This document shows positions 13,901-28,300 of a DNA stretch of 64,000 bases, in pieces. Numbering within the stretch: the first letter of the stretch is position 1; each line of letters starts with the position of its first letter. Both the position numbers and the translations under genes were made by a program. The notes beneath the pieces are model-generated. The model was not told the DNA's origin. It saw only the letters and a program-made list of their open reading frames with translations, and searched no databases. The stretch comes from Octopus sinensis (taxonomy: Eukaryota): positions 85,932,001-85,996,000 of the forward strand of contig NC_042999.1 in assembly GCF_006345805.1 (NCBI RefSeq). The letters are read 5' to 3'.

Positions 13901-16305
13901 TCTTGTTCTTGCGGCTCCATGGCATTTTGATGTCTCCGAGACTGGAGCCTGTTCTGCCTTCCTTCTTGTGTTTCACTAGCTCTTTGATTTCTGGAGTGTT
14001 GGAATTTAGGTGATTGAAAAGTATCATGTTATTTTTTATGCATCATATTGAATGTTCTAAAGTAAGATATTTAAAAAATCAAAAGTAAATCCTGTAACAT
14101 TGAATTCATTTCTTGTTTCTAAATTCAATCATGCGGCTTCATTTCATCCAGTCAGTCCAGTATAACAATTATACCTTTTATATATATCACCAAACTTCAA
14201 TTTATTAAATGAAAATACAATTGTTTCAAATCATAGCACATGTGACACAAGGAATTTTCAAATTACAATATAGTAGAATATATATATATATATGAATATA
14301 GTGAAGAATTCCGGGTAGAAGTAGGTGTACACCAAGGCTCAGCCCTCAGTCCCCTTTTATTCATCATAGTCCTCCAGGCAATAACAGAGGAATTCAAAAC
14401 AAGTTGCCCCTGGGAGCTCCTCTATGCTGATGACCGGGCCCTCATAGCAGAATCACTACCGGAACTACAAAAGAAATTTTGGGTGTGGAAGCAAGGGTTA
14501 GAATCAAAGGGCCTTAGAGTAAATGTAGCAAAGACCAAAGTTATAGTAAGCAGAAAGGCGAACTCAGCACACACCCCATTGGGCAGGTGGCCCTGCTCGA
14601 TCTGTAGGAAAGGCGTAGGTAGAAACTCCATAAGATGCACCCAGTGTAAGCTATGGACGCATAAGAGGTGCAGCAACATCAAAGGGAAATTAACTGATAA
14701 GATAGCTTTCATGTGCGGCAGATGCACAGGGACAATAGACACCACAAATACTCAGAAAACAGATTCCATCACACTCCAGGGGGAGAAACTAGTAGTAGTC
14801 GATAGTTTCCGCTACCTGGGTGACCAAGTTAGTAGTGGAGGTGGATGTTCAGAGAGTGTCACCACTAGAATACGAATAGCCTGGGCAAAGTTTAGAAAGC
14901 TCCTACCCCTACTGGCGACAAAGGGTCTCTCACTGAGAGTGAAAGGTAGATTGTATGATGCATGTGTGCAAACTGCTATGCTTCACGGTAGTGAAACATG
15001 GGCCGTGACTGCAGAAGACATGCGCAGACTTGAAAGAAATGAAGCTAGCATGATCCGCTGGATGTGTAATGTCAGTGTGCACACACGACAGAGTGTAAGC
15101 ACCCTGAGAGAAATGCGCATGATCCGCTGGATGTGTAATGTCAGTGTGCACGCATGACAGAGTGTAAGCACCCTGAGAGAAATGCTGGACATAAGCATCA
15201 GATGTGGTGTGCAAGAGCGGCGCTTGCGATGGTATGGTCATGTACTGCGGATGGATGAGGAGAGATGTGTGAAGAAGTGCCGCTCCCAAACAGTTGAAGG
15301 AATCAGGGGGAGAGGTAGACCCAGGAAGACATGGGATGAGGTAGTCAAGCATGACCTCAGAGCGTTGGGCCTCACTGAGGCAATGGCGAAGGACCGAGAT
15401 ATGCTTTGACTGCAAAGACCTGGGCTGCTTCCTGCACCAGTTCCGAATAGCCCCTGCCCATTCAAAGTACCTTGGATTCCAGAACATCCCGCTGTGCTTG
15501 AGGAGACCTGTTGAGTCAAGTACATGAACATCGAAATAAATGTCAATGGAAATAGTAGTTGTGATACCTGTGCTGGTGGCACATAAAAAGCACCATCCGA
15601 ACGTGGCTGTTGCCAGTGCCGCCTCGACTGGCTTCTGTGCCGGTGGCACATAAAAAGCACCATCCAAACGTGGCCGATGCCAGCGCCGCCTCGACTGGCT
15701 TCTGTGCCGGTGGCACATAAAAAGCACCATCTGAATGTGGCCGACGCCAGCTTCCGTGCCGGTGGCAAAAGACCCGGGCTGCTTCCTGCACCAGTTCCGC
15801 ATAGCCCCTGCCCATTCAAAGTACCTTGGATTCCAGAACATTCCACTGTGCTTGCAAAGACCTGTTGAGTCAAGTACATGAACATCGAAATAAATATCAA
15901 TGGAAATAGTAGTTGTGATACCTGTGCCGGTGGCACATAAAAAGCACCATCCGAACGTGGCCGATGCCAGCGCCGTCTTGACTCGCTTCTGTGCTGGTGG
16001 CACATAAAAAGCACCATCTGAGCGTGGCCGATGCCAGTGCCGCCTTGGCTGGCTTTCGTGCTGGTGGCATGTTAAAAGCACCAACCGATTGTGGCCGATG
16101 CCAGACCCCCCCCCGGCACCTGTGCTGGTGGCACATAAAAAGCACCCACTACACTCGCGGAGTGGTTGGCGTTAGGAAGGGCATCCAGCTATAGAAACAC
16201 TGCCAGATCAGACTGGAGCCTGGTGCAGCCCCTGGCTTCCCAGACCCCGGTTGAACCGTCCAACCCGTGCTAGCGCGGAAAACGGATGTCAAACGATGAT
16301 GATGA

Positions 16306-16350
<45 letters not shown>

Positions 16351-19300
16351 CACAGCGTTGCTGTATGGTAAGAAATTTGCTTCCCAACCACATGGTTCTG
16401 GGTTTAGTTCCACTGCATGGTACCTTGGGCAAGTGTCTTCTATTATAGCCCTGGGCTGACCAAAGCCTTGTGAGTGGATTTGGTAGACGGAAACTGAAAG
16501 AAGACCGTCATATATATATGTATGTATGTCCGTATGTATGTATATATTTGTGTGTGTGTGTCTGTGCTTGTTTCCCCATTGTTGCTTGACAACAGTTGTT
16601 GATATGTTTACATTCCTCATAACTTAGCAGTTTGGCAAAAGAGACCAACAGAATAAGTACTAGGCTTACAAAGAATAAGTCCTGGTGTTGATTTGTTCAA
16701 CTAAAAGGTGGTGCTCCAGCAAGACTACAGTCAAACGAGTGAAACAAGTAAATGAAATAAATGAAATATAAAAGAAGAAAAAGAAAATGGATGAAACCAT
16801 CCCTTCATGAGGTTAACAGAACGTCTAATCGTATATATATGTGTATGTGTAGGTTGTTGGATCCTTATTCTATCGGTCTCTTTTGCCAAACTGCTAAGTT
16901 ATGGGGATGTAAACATACCAACATCAGTTGTCAAGCGATGGTGGGGGAACAAGCACAGACACCACATTTTTACACCTGTCTCCAATCTCTGGATATATAT
17001 ATATATATATACATACATACGATGGACTCTCCTGTCGATTTTGATGTATGAGGATCCAACAACCTACACTTTCTTTGTCAGTTACAAAGCTTATGTTGAA
17101 TGTGACATTTAAGTCCCACCAATGATTTACAAAGAAGCCCACAGATCCTGCAAGTATGAGGATTACAGGTCAGTGTAGGTGGTATATTTGCAGACACTTA
17201 TCTCCTTTGCTTTGTACCACTTAGCCCGTAAACATTGGTTGAAACAAAGTCTCTTGCACCATTTTGACATGATGATCTCCATTTTATTTGCTCCAAGGCT
17301 GACTGCTGAAAGGTGTGAGCTGGCTGTACATGAGGGCTTTGGGTATTGTTTCATCACTCATTCTGAAGACATGGCCAATCCAACACAATTGTGACTGCAT
17401 AAGAAAGCTCTCGATTTCACCTTGCTAAACAGGTTGACATTAGACACTCTGTCTTTTAGTGAATAACTGCAGATTGTCCTGAGACAGTCTTTATGGAAGA
17501 TGTCTAGTTGGCTAATGTGCTACCTATAGGGGCACATTAAATATATAGATACATACATATACACCAACACATATGCAAACATATGTGTGTATGTGTGTGT
17601 AAGTGTGTGAATGTGTATATGTTTGTTTACATTTCTTAGATCAATGAAATCTGTAAAATATGTTATTCTTGGAAAAGGAAATAATATTTTGCAAACAAAT
17701 GAGTTTAATATTTAATGTTGTTGCTGTCGTCGTCATTTAGCACCTGCTTTCCATGCCAGATGGTTTGACTGGAACTGGTAAGCTGGGGAGCTGCATCAGG
17801 TTCCAGTCTGATTTGGCATGATTTCTATGGCTAGATGTCCTTCCTAACGCCAACCACTCCAAGAGTGTAATGGGTGCTTGTCATGTGCAGCTGGCATGGG
17901 TACTATTATGTGCCACTGGCATGGGTGCCAGGTACATGACACCAGCAAGAGCCATGACTATAATTTCATTTGGCTTGATGAGTCTTCTCAAGCACAGCAT
18001 ATCTCCAAAGGGCTCAGTCACTTGTCATCGCCTCCGTGAGGACCAACATTCAAAGATCATGCTTCAGCACCTTGTACTATGTCCTCAAACTGTATCACAC
18101 TCTAGGTACATTTTTACAACTGTCTCCAATCTCTGGACAAGCAGCCAAGAAACTATCATTTCATATCCTATTCAGTGTGTTTATTAGGATTGGGACCAAA
18201 ATAATTAGCATGCAACTGCAGTCTCCATAGCTTTTAGTAGGTACTAAAGGTGTTATGGCTCACTGCAGTTGTAACTTTATAAGAGTTAGTTGCAGAGATG
18301 TTGAAAGTTTAGTAACTATACTTCATGACTGGTGCAACCCAGCAACATAATCTCATAGAGTGGTGTAGAAGTTAAAATGTTGTCCAGTGCCACAACTTCA
18401 TAGAGTTTAGTGAAGAATTTAGGTTCTAGATTGTTTATTAAGGCTCTGATTTCAACACCCTTTTATTCATTAAAATTATTGATAATTGAATTCCCATTAC
18501 AATATCTGGACTGGATGTCCTTGAGGAATTTTAAATGTTTATGATCCAGCTTTCATTGAAGTATATGTCAAAAGGGTGCAGAAAGAGTTTTTAACTATAA
18601 AGAATGATCTAGACAAGACTCTGAAAATCAAATAGTTGGTAACAGACGATATAAAACCTCTGTGGCTTTCTGTAAATAAGAATTCCTTTAAGCATAAAAT
18701 CAATAATACATATTTAGACTGTGGGTACAGATAAAATGCAAACTGTATGATGTCTAGAAATTCATATATAACAAATATATGGAATAATTAGCAGTATGTA
18801 GATCCTTTAACGCTTTAAATCCTTCTTTAGGAGTAGCATGTAATGAATCAGTTCAAGAGATTTATGTAATAAAAATATGGCATTGAGTATAAGAAAGAGG
18901 GGAAGAAGTTCAGAAAGATGTTGTCTATGTTGGAAAAAAGAAAAGTGAATCATATATAATAAAAATGAATCAACAAAATAAAGTATAATGTTTTGTGATT
19001 GTGATATTTTATGGTATTTAAAGCAGATCTAAGTGAAGGCACATAGCTTAGTGGTTAGGATATGTGGATTAGAGTCGTAAGGTTGTCTTTGAGCAAGACA
19101 CTTTATTTCATGTTGCCACCAATTGACTCAGCTGGCAGAAATGAGTAGTACCTGTAATTCAAAGGGCCAACCTTGTCATGTTCTGTGTCATGCTGAAACT
19201 CCCTGAGAACTACATTAAGGGTATGTGGGACTGTGAAAAGTGCTTGGCCACTTGCACGTTACTTTCATGAGCAGGCTGTTCTGTTGATTAGATCAACTGA

Positions 19301-22300
19301 AACCCTCATTGTTGTAATCAATGGAGTGCCAGTTATTAAAGCAGATCTACAGTTATTGAAAAGAAATGAGAGGAACATTTATTATTTTTTCATTTGGTTG
19401 AGAGTAAAGGCAATAGCAATGACATTTTACAGGGGCCTCTGAGTCTTGTGGAAGGGAGGGAGTACTCTCAAAGTGGAGACTGGACCTGAATGTTTGCAAA
19501 AGAGTGAACTCTGCTACATGCAACTAACATGCCATGTGGTGGTGTGACAGTGGATTAAGTTTATCCCTCAAGTAGCCTGTGATGGGATTTGAACACAGAA
19601 TGCAAAGAGTTAGAACAAATACTGAAAAGCATCTCATTGATGCCCTAATGTTTTCTTCAATTCACTGCCAGACTGGTAATATATTTATTGACCCTGGAAG
19701 GATGAAGAAGTAAAATTGACCTCAGTGTGATTTGAACTCAGAATACAAAGGTGCCAGAATAAATACCACAATACATTTGGCTTGGCACCTTGGGCAAGTG
19801 TCTTCTACTAAACCACTGGGTTGACCGAAGCCAGGTGAGTGGATTTGGGAGATGGAAACTGAAATTAAGCCTGCCATGGTAATTTTAAACACGTGTCACC
19901 ATTATACAGACGGTGTCATTTACTCCCAATCTTCCATAATAACACATCTGATAGTGGAGAAATGTTACCTTGCTTGGAAACAAGTGAAGCTAAATGACAG
20001 GATGGGCATTTGGATGTAGAAAATCTGCATCAATGAATTCTGTTTGACGCATGCAAGTATGAAAGAATTGATGTTAAAATGATGATGATGAAACCAGTTG
20101 CGAAATAAATAGAACTAGATAAAATAATGTAATATAACAGATAGAAAATAAAGTTATTAATTATACTACAGAAACTGCAGTAATACCATGAATGAAAGAT
20201 AATAATAGTATAAAATATATTACCCTGCATTAGGGGTTAAACCTGAGTAGGAAAAACATTCCATCTCTGGACCTTCATTTGATGGATCTGGAAAAAAAAA
20301 TGAATTGTAAAACAGAAATATTCTTTGTTAATTTAGAACAGTTAATGGTAGAATCACTAGCTAACCAAACAGGATCATCATCATCGTCATTATCGTTTAA
20401 CGTCCACTTTCCATGCTGGCATGGGTTGGACGATTTGACTGAGGTCCGGCGAACCAGATGGCTGCACCAGACTCCAGTCTTGATCTGGCAGAGTTTCTAC
20501 AGCTGGATGCCCTTCCTAACGCCAACCACTCCGAGAGTGTAGTGGGTGCTTTTATGTGCCACTGGCACGAGGCCCAGTCAGGAGGTACTGGCAACGGCCA
20601 CACTCAAATAGTGTTTTTTACATGCCACATGCACAGGAGCCAGTCCAGCAGCACTGACAACAACCACACTCAAATGGTGTTTTTTACATGCCACATGCAC
20701 AGGAGCCAGTCCTGCGGCACTGGCAACAACCACACTCAAATGGTGTTTTTTACATGCCACATGCACAGGAGCCAGTCCAGCAGCACTGGCAACAACCCTG
20801 GTCGAATATTTTTCATGTGTTACCAACACAAGTGCCAGTAAGGCGACACTGGTAACGATCATGCTCGAATGGTGCCAGTTAGCTGCTCTGGCAACGATCA
20901 TGTTTGGATGGTGCTCTTAGCACTCCACTAGCACAGATGCCAGTCATTGAATTTGATTTCAATTTCACTTGCCTCAATAGGTCTTTGCAAGCAGGGTGTA
21001 GTGTCCAATGAAGGAAAGGTACGCATAAGTGGGCTGGTTACACCCCTGGCATAGGCCACAGGTTATAGTCTCACTTGGCTTGCTGGGTCTTCTCAAGCAC
21101 AGCATATTTCCAAAGGTCTTGGTCACTAGTCATTGCTTCGGTGAGGCTTAATGTTCGAAGGTCGTGCTTCACCACCTCATCCCAGGTCTTCCACAGATTC
21201 CCTCAACCAGTAATGTGTGGCACTTTTTCACTACCTCATCCCAGGTCTTCCACAGATTCCCTCAACCAGTAATGTGTGGCACTTTTTCACACAGCTATCC
21301 TCATCCATTCTTGCCACATGACCATACCAGCGCAGTCGTCTCTCTTGCACACCACATCTGATGCTTCTTAGGTCCAACTTTTCTCTCAAGGTACTTACAC
21401 TGTCGGATACTTTCCCATTTTTAGTTACCCCTATGTTTGGAATTCAATCCTATCATAATTAACTTTGCTTTCATCCTTGATGGCTGTCTATTTGTGATTG
21501 AGGAAGACCATCACTGACCATTGCCCATGCAAAATGCCAGCAATGTCTGTGTGTGTCATTATTGCTCCAGTAGTCAGCTTCATCGAAGTTCATGTCCATA
21601 GCTTATGTGCTTGTTGCGGTACCCTCTTGCTTGATTGGGTATCAGATAGTTGATTGCACAACCTAAAATTTTAGGTCCAATAAGACTTGCACAGTACCTC
21701 ACAGATGCTCTCCACACTACTGACATGATCCTGAGGCAAGCTGGAGCAAGAAATCCAGTGTCAATAAAACAAATACCAGATATGTACCAAGAGTTGGTTA
21801 TCTAAACCACTAAATTATGACCTATGCTAATGTAATAAACCATTTGTTTTCTAATTTATTTTTTTTTCTGTATCCATATAGTACATGACTAGGAGGATTC
21901 TGGTCTACAACTGGTTTTATTTTCAGTTGGGGACCCAAACTCAACATTACAAGCCAGGAAGGCATTTAGTGGGCAGTTAACTTTTTTGATTTGATTGCAA
22001 GCCATTTCAGAGTTCTTCGCTTTGAAACCATTGACGGGATTAAAAAGCTTGTAAATAGATGGAAGGAAGTCATAGATAATCAGAGAAAGTACATTGATGA
22101 TTAAATTTCAATTAAATATAACATTTGATCACTTGTTTTCTTTATTCAAAATTCGGACAGAACTTATGGGATATAATTTGTGTGGTTGTGAAACCTGCTA
22201 GACATAGTAGCCAAATCTCCCTCACATCACACACTGCCTTCCATAAGAACTCATTAGCTAATGCAATCCTACAAATCCCTAAAGAAAGACAAGATGGTTA

Positions 22301-25300
22301 TGGCCCTAGAATGCTTTTAATCATAGCTCAACACAAAAAAATTCAAATCTAATAAAACATTGCTTATTCTATATTTTTATACAATCCACAGTAGAATCAA
22401 AAGCGAAAGAAAATTGAACTTACCTGTCATAAAAATGTCCTGTTCTAACCAAGCAGAATTGTACCCAACAATATTTTTGTGTTTCAAACTAGCTAAAGTT
22501 TTTACTTCATCAAGTATCTGGAAAAAAAAAAAAAAAGGGGATGAACAAACAAACCATTGTTCATATTCATTAAAAAATGTTTTACATGATGTTAATAACA
22601 TTCCAAATATAAAATATCAAATGTAACAACTTTACAATTACTATCAGTAATTATTATACTATTTGTTTAATGCTTAATTTCATAAATACTCACTCGCTTT
22701 ATTTCAATGGTGCTTTCATTATCTTTTAGCCAAATTTTTTTGATAGCATAATTTCGTCCATCTAGTTTATTGATTGCCTGACATAAGAAAATAGTTAAGA
22801 GTTAATTTTAATGCAGGAAATTAACTGTCAGTCTCTCTCTCTCTTTCTTCCAATACATTTAATGAGTAATGTTTTGGTGCTCTAAATAGATGTTCCTTTT
22901 TATTAATTTCTGCAAAAATAAATTATAAACTGCAGAATATTTCCTATGACAATTGTTTCATAATTCTTTTTGTTAAACATTAACTGTTTTATTTTGTAAA
23001 ACATTTAGATACGGTTAGGAACTACAAAAATGATAGACCTGCTGGCAACCCCAACAGTACCAAAGACTTATTGGAGCTACTATTGTAGGCATGGTGTGTT
23101 GCAAGGACAGAAATCACCTGATCTTGGAATGCAATTACTTTAATGGCCGAACTGAGGCCTGCTGTTTTCTTCTTGGTTGCTTGATGCATACTCTGCATGT
23201 GCATGAATATATGCCATCATCATCATTTCATACCTAGTTTCCTAGCTGGTATGGGTTGGACAGTTCCACAAGATTCAATGGGTTATAGAATCATGATTTG
23301 CTGTAGTGTCTTAGATTTGACATAGTTTCTACAAACGGATGCCTTTCCTAATGCCAACCACTTTCCAGAGTGAAGTGAGTATCTTTTTCTGTGGCACCAC
23401 CACTAGTAAGGTCAGTATGTAGTTTGCAAGAACCTCTTCAACTTAGCTGAGAGTGAAGTGTCTTTATGTTAGGTGTTGAGAAGTTAAAGAATGATAGAAA
23501 GGATAGCTACCTTGCAATATACAAGGCTGGGTCTCAATGATTTGGGTGGAATTGGAAAGAAAGATAAAGACAGTTTCTTGTCTCATGGTTTGTTTAACTT
23601 TTGCTTACATACGCATTACCACTGAAGGAAAAGCAGGATATAGAGGGATATTTTGATATGCAAGATATATATATGTATATGTGAATCATGGGCTAATGTA
23701 AAAAAAAAAACCCACCAAGTGAGCTATTTACAAAAGGAAGCAGTTGAATCTTGACTTAAAGCTGAGGAAGCTTTAAGTCTGTTGAGTAACTTGCAAGAAA
23801 TAGTAGTTAAATATCTCTCAAATTACACTCTACCGATATGTAAAACAAAGGACACATTGAATAATGTAGTTCAACAACAACAAGAACAGCACTTAGAATA
23901 TGTATGATATTTAGAACTAGCTGAAATGTCTGACAGAAAAAGCATATTTAAAATAAACAATATTAAAGACAAGTTGTGTTTTCTATGTGAAATATTTTCT
24001 TGGAGCCAATTACCTGACGCACTGAGCCAAATCCACCTTGGCCAATAGGACCTACATCCTCAAATTCAACTTCATAACGTTCACTGGAATTAAAAAAATT
24101 GAATAAAGAAAAAGCACAAAAAAGTTTATCTACATAATAAAAACTGCTGGTACATTTTTAAAACTCCATTTGACTTGTTTCTGTCAATTAATTTTGACAA
24201 CATAATGGTACCCTAACATCTTGGTTACTCTCCCAAGGTTTTATTACTACATCCACTACACTTCACTTCACTTCTAACATGATCATCAGTTAAACTTCTA
24301 CACTCTCCAACTCAGACTTGTTAGAAGCCTACATTTACTCATAAGTTATCTTCATGGAAATATTTGTGTTCACTGTTGATTTGGCTGCAAAACTGACAAC
24401 ACAAGAAAGGTTCTGGTTTTCGCAGCATGGTCTCAACTAAAAAGCCATCTAAGTTGAATATGGGAAGATACTGAGATCATCGAAATTGATTGAAATTCAT
24501 TTGGCAATGGTCTAAAATACTTGGCAGCAAATTGGGAAAGAAGGAATTTAATTTATAGCAGTGTTCTGAGTAAAATGGTCTTTTGCATTCCAGGTCATTT
24601 CCTAGTAGTGATTTCAGGTAGGGATAAAAAGCTGAAATTATTACCAGAGGACAGCTATCAAGCTTTTGAAAATAATATTTTTTTTTGTTTGCAATTCTTT
24701 TGAATGTAAACATTTCAATATGGTTAGGTGTTTAGCAGACTTGTTGCTAAAAATCATCAGCATAGCTTTGACTATAGTTCAATCAATCAACACACTTAAA
24801 TAAAGAAGATATTCAAAGTACAAATGGAACTTCAGGTTATTTGGCAGTGGTTATAGGAAGCAATGGAAGCATCATCATCATCATTTAAAGTCCATTTTCT
24901 GTGCTGGCATGGGTTGGACAGTTTGACAGGAGCTGACCAGGCTCCATGTCTGTTTTGGCATGGTTTCTATGGCTGGATGCCCTTCCTAATGCCAACCACT
25001 TTACAGAGTGTACTGGGTGCTTTTTATGTGGCACCAGCAACTATAAGCCGGCAAGATTAAGAATGCTCAGTTGGAGAGGGATGCAGGGGGGTGAAGCCTA
25101 TATGCAAGGGCAACCCTGCTTTGACTTAGCTTGACATGTCTTTTCAAACAGCAAACTGCCAGGAGTCTCAGTCCCCTGCATCCCTCTCCAACTGTCCCAA
25201 CATTTGTAGCTCCTTTAAGCAGAGGTAAATTTTGAATTTACAGAAAAAGGAAGAGGTTGAGAGTATTGGGATGAGCAAACTGAAGTGCAAATGAAAGATG

Positions 25301-28300
25301 AATTGACAAATGAAAGTATTTTAAAACAGAAAATGCTTTAGCTTTTCCAGTTGTTGAGTCATTCAGTTCTAATTAATAATGGAAGCAAACAGTTATTCTG
25401 TGTCCTGTCACAAACAATGCAGCTTAAAAAAACAAAACAAAAGACAGAAACCCAAAACAGAAAAAAAACACTAACAGTTATACAAAAATATAAATAATAA
25501 TTTTTTTTAACTTATAAAACTTTAACTTACTATACTTGAATATTTTGAGGTAATTTATTTAATGGAATCTGCAAAAAATATGAAATTAACATTTATAAAA
25601 TCAGCTTTAAAAATGTAATTTTAATTTTTAATTTCACACAATAATACTGGATATCATACACATGTAATATATCTATACTTATATGAGCATATTATAAAAA
25701 TAGTTTTTAGATCAATGTATAATTTATTCAAACAAAAGAAATGTTTGGAATAGATTCAAAGTAACTGCATCCTTCAACTGACAAGATAAGACTGGTTGCT
25801 ACATTGAAGTTTGTAACAAGTAGACATGTTTTACAAATATGTGCATAAAATTTCGCTCTCTTCAGTGTCTGGAAGAACCAATGGTTACTGACCCAAGATT
25901 TCAGCCAGTTTATGCTCAATTAAAAATTCACAGCAATGACCTTATGGCAACTTTCATCTGTTTCTATAGTAAAGTTCTACAGGTATAACGAATTCCATAA
26001 AAACATTCCCAACATTTGTCATCCATAAGGTTATTTATGTAATTACCAGTTGTCAAAATATTCTGATTTTAGAGTAAAGACCCGTCCTCCATAGCAGAAT
26101 TGTCAAGGCTGCATCCCCTGGTGAAGAGGATTGGCCTGCAGGAGTCCTATACTGGTGCCACATAAAAAGCAATCATGCCAGTGTCACGTAAAAGTGCTTG
26201 TGCCAGTGGCATGTTAAAAGCACTCAGCACATGCTGTGCAAGCAGTAGGAAGGGCATCCAACTATAAAAGCCAAATCCAAATCAGACTGGAACTTGGTGC
26301 AGCTCTCCAGCTCTGTTCAAACCAGCCAACCCATGCCAGCAAGGAAAATGGACGTTAAAGGGTGATGATGATGATGATGATGAAATAATATAATTAAATA
26401 TTCTAATGAGTGCATATGTTGAATGTCCAATTTTCCCTTGAGAGATAGACTGAAAAAATTGATTTATCAGATCTATGCATGAAATTGTGCTCAAATCAAA
26501 CAAATGGATAATGCATGATGGAAATAAGTGTTGCATGTTAATAGTAAAGGAAAGCTAAGGAGAGATAGACACCTCCCGCAAAAGTTAAAGACAAATTAAA
26601 TTTAAATAAATGAGAGAACACAGAAAAGCACATGGTAATGAGAATGTTGACTATGTAGCTTATTTACTGATGAAATCATCATCATCATCATCGTTTAATG
26701 TCCGTTTTCCATGCTAGCATGGGTTGGATGGTTTGACTGGGGTCTGGGAAGCCAGGAGGCTGCACCAGGCTCCAGTCTGATCTAGCAGTGTTTCTACAGC
26801 TGGATACCTTTCCTCACGCCAACCACTCCGAGAGTGTAGTGGGAGGTATTTATGTGCAACCAGCACAGGGGCCAGGCGAGGCTGGCAACGGCTATGATTG
26901 GTTGATGCTTTTTATGTGCTACCAGCACGGAAGCCAGTCAAGGCGGTGCTGGCATCAGCCACGTTCGGATGGTGCTGATTTCAAATTTTGGCATCAGGCT
27001 AACAAGTTCAGGGGAGGGGGTTACGCTGATCACACCAACCCCAGTATTTAACCAATATTTATTTTATCAACCCTGAAAGGATGAAAGGCTAAGTCAACCT
27101 CAGTGGAATTTGAACTCAGAATGGGAAGACAGATGAAATGTTAAGCATTTTGCCTGGTGTGCTAACAATGCTGCCAGTTCACAACCCTAGGGCTGTTAAA
27201 TATATAATTATGTGTGTGTGTGAAGTTACAGAGATATATTCAATAATAATAAAATCCATGAAGAATAATTAATCAATTAGTTTGTATGCAATGAAGATAT
27301 AAGAATGTAATGTATACTTACATGTAGTTGTTTGAAAAATAAAAGATTAAAAAGGATCTTAGAAATGTTTGCTCTTAGACCCTGAAACTCATCCAGAGTA
27401 CTTGATGGATTTAGCAAATCTTTGTCAATTAGGAAGCTGGATATATCTGGAATAAAAAAAAAAAGAAGACTATTTATGAAAATTATCTATAAGAAACAAT
27501 GGTTATACAATTTATCCTTTCATTATCATATTTCTAAAGAAGGTGGTGAGCTGGCAGAATTGTCACCATACTGAACAAAATGCTTAGCTGCATTTTGTCT
27601 GTCTTTACATTCTGAGTTCAAATTCTACCAAAGTTGACTTTGTCTTTCATTCTTTTGGTGGGTGTTTAAACTATGCAATATCCTTTCTACTATAGGCACA
27701 AGGCCTGAAATTTTTGGGTAGGAGGCTAGTCGATTACAATAACTAGAGTGCTTAACTAGTACTTCATTTATTGACCTTGAAGGGGCAAAGTCAAACTGAA
27801 CAGAGTTAGATCTCAGAATGTTGAGCCAGAAAAAATGCTGCTAAGCACTTTGTCCAGTGCAATAATAGTTCTGCCAGCTTGCTACTTTAATAATAATAAC
27901 AATCCTTTTTACTATAGGTACAAGACTCACAAGTTTGGGGGTGGAGATTAGTTGATTACAGAGACCCCAGTGCTCAATTTGTTCTTGTTTCATTGACCCT
28001 GAAAGGTGGAATTTTACCATCAGACGAGGGGTTTGCCATGGGTATCCCTATGCAATTAATTTCACTAATGTAGAGCATAAATGTATTGAGAGAAAAACTA
28101 GGCATAAGAGGCATCAGATATGGTGTGCATGAGAATCGAATGTGCCGGTATGGTCATGTGATGCATATGGATGAGGACAGATGCTGATCTCTAATTGAAG
28201 AGGGAACATGGGATGAGGTGGTGAAGCATGATCTTCAAATGAAGGTAATGACAAGTGATCGAGACCTCTGACGATATGCTGTGTGTGAGAAGACTTGTTA

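Noticed and set aside
14930-16084. Longest ORF in the track (384 aa, minus strand)
   Set aside because: It is antisense to the RTE copy and stays open because of the duplicated, stop-poor 3' UTR array. The translation is self-repetitive with no protein-family motif.
15570-16145. Regularly spaced palindromic repeats that look superficially like a CRISPR array
   Set aside because: The intervening sequences are near-identical rather than unique spacers, there are no cas genes, the context is eukaryotic, and the array is part of a LINE 3' UTR.
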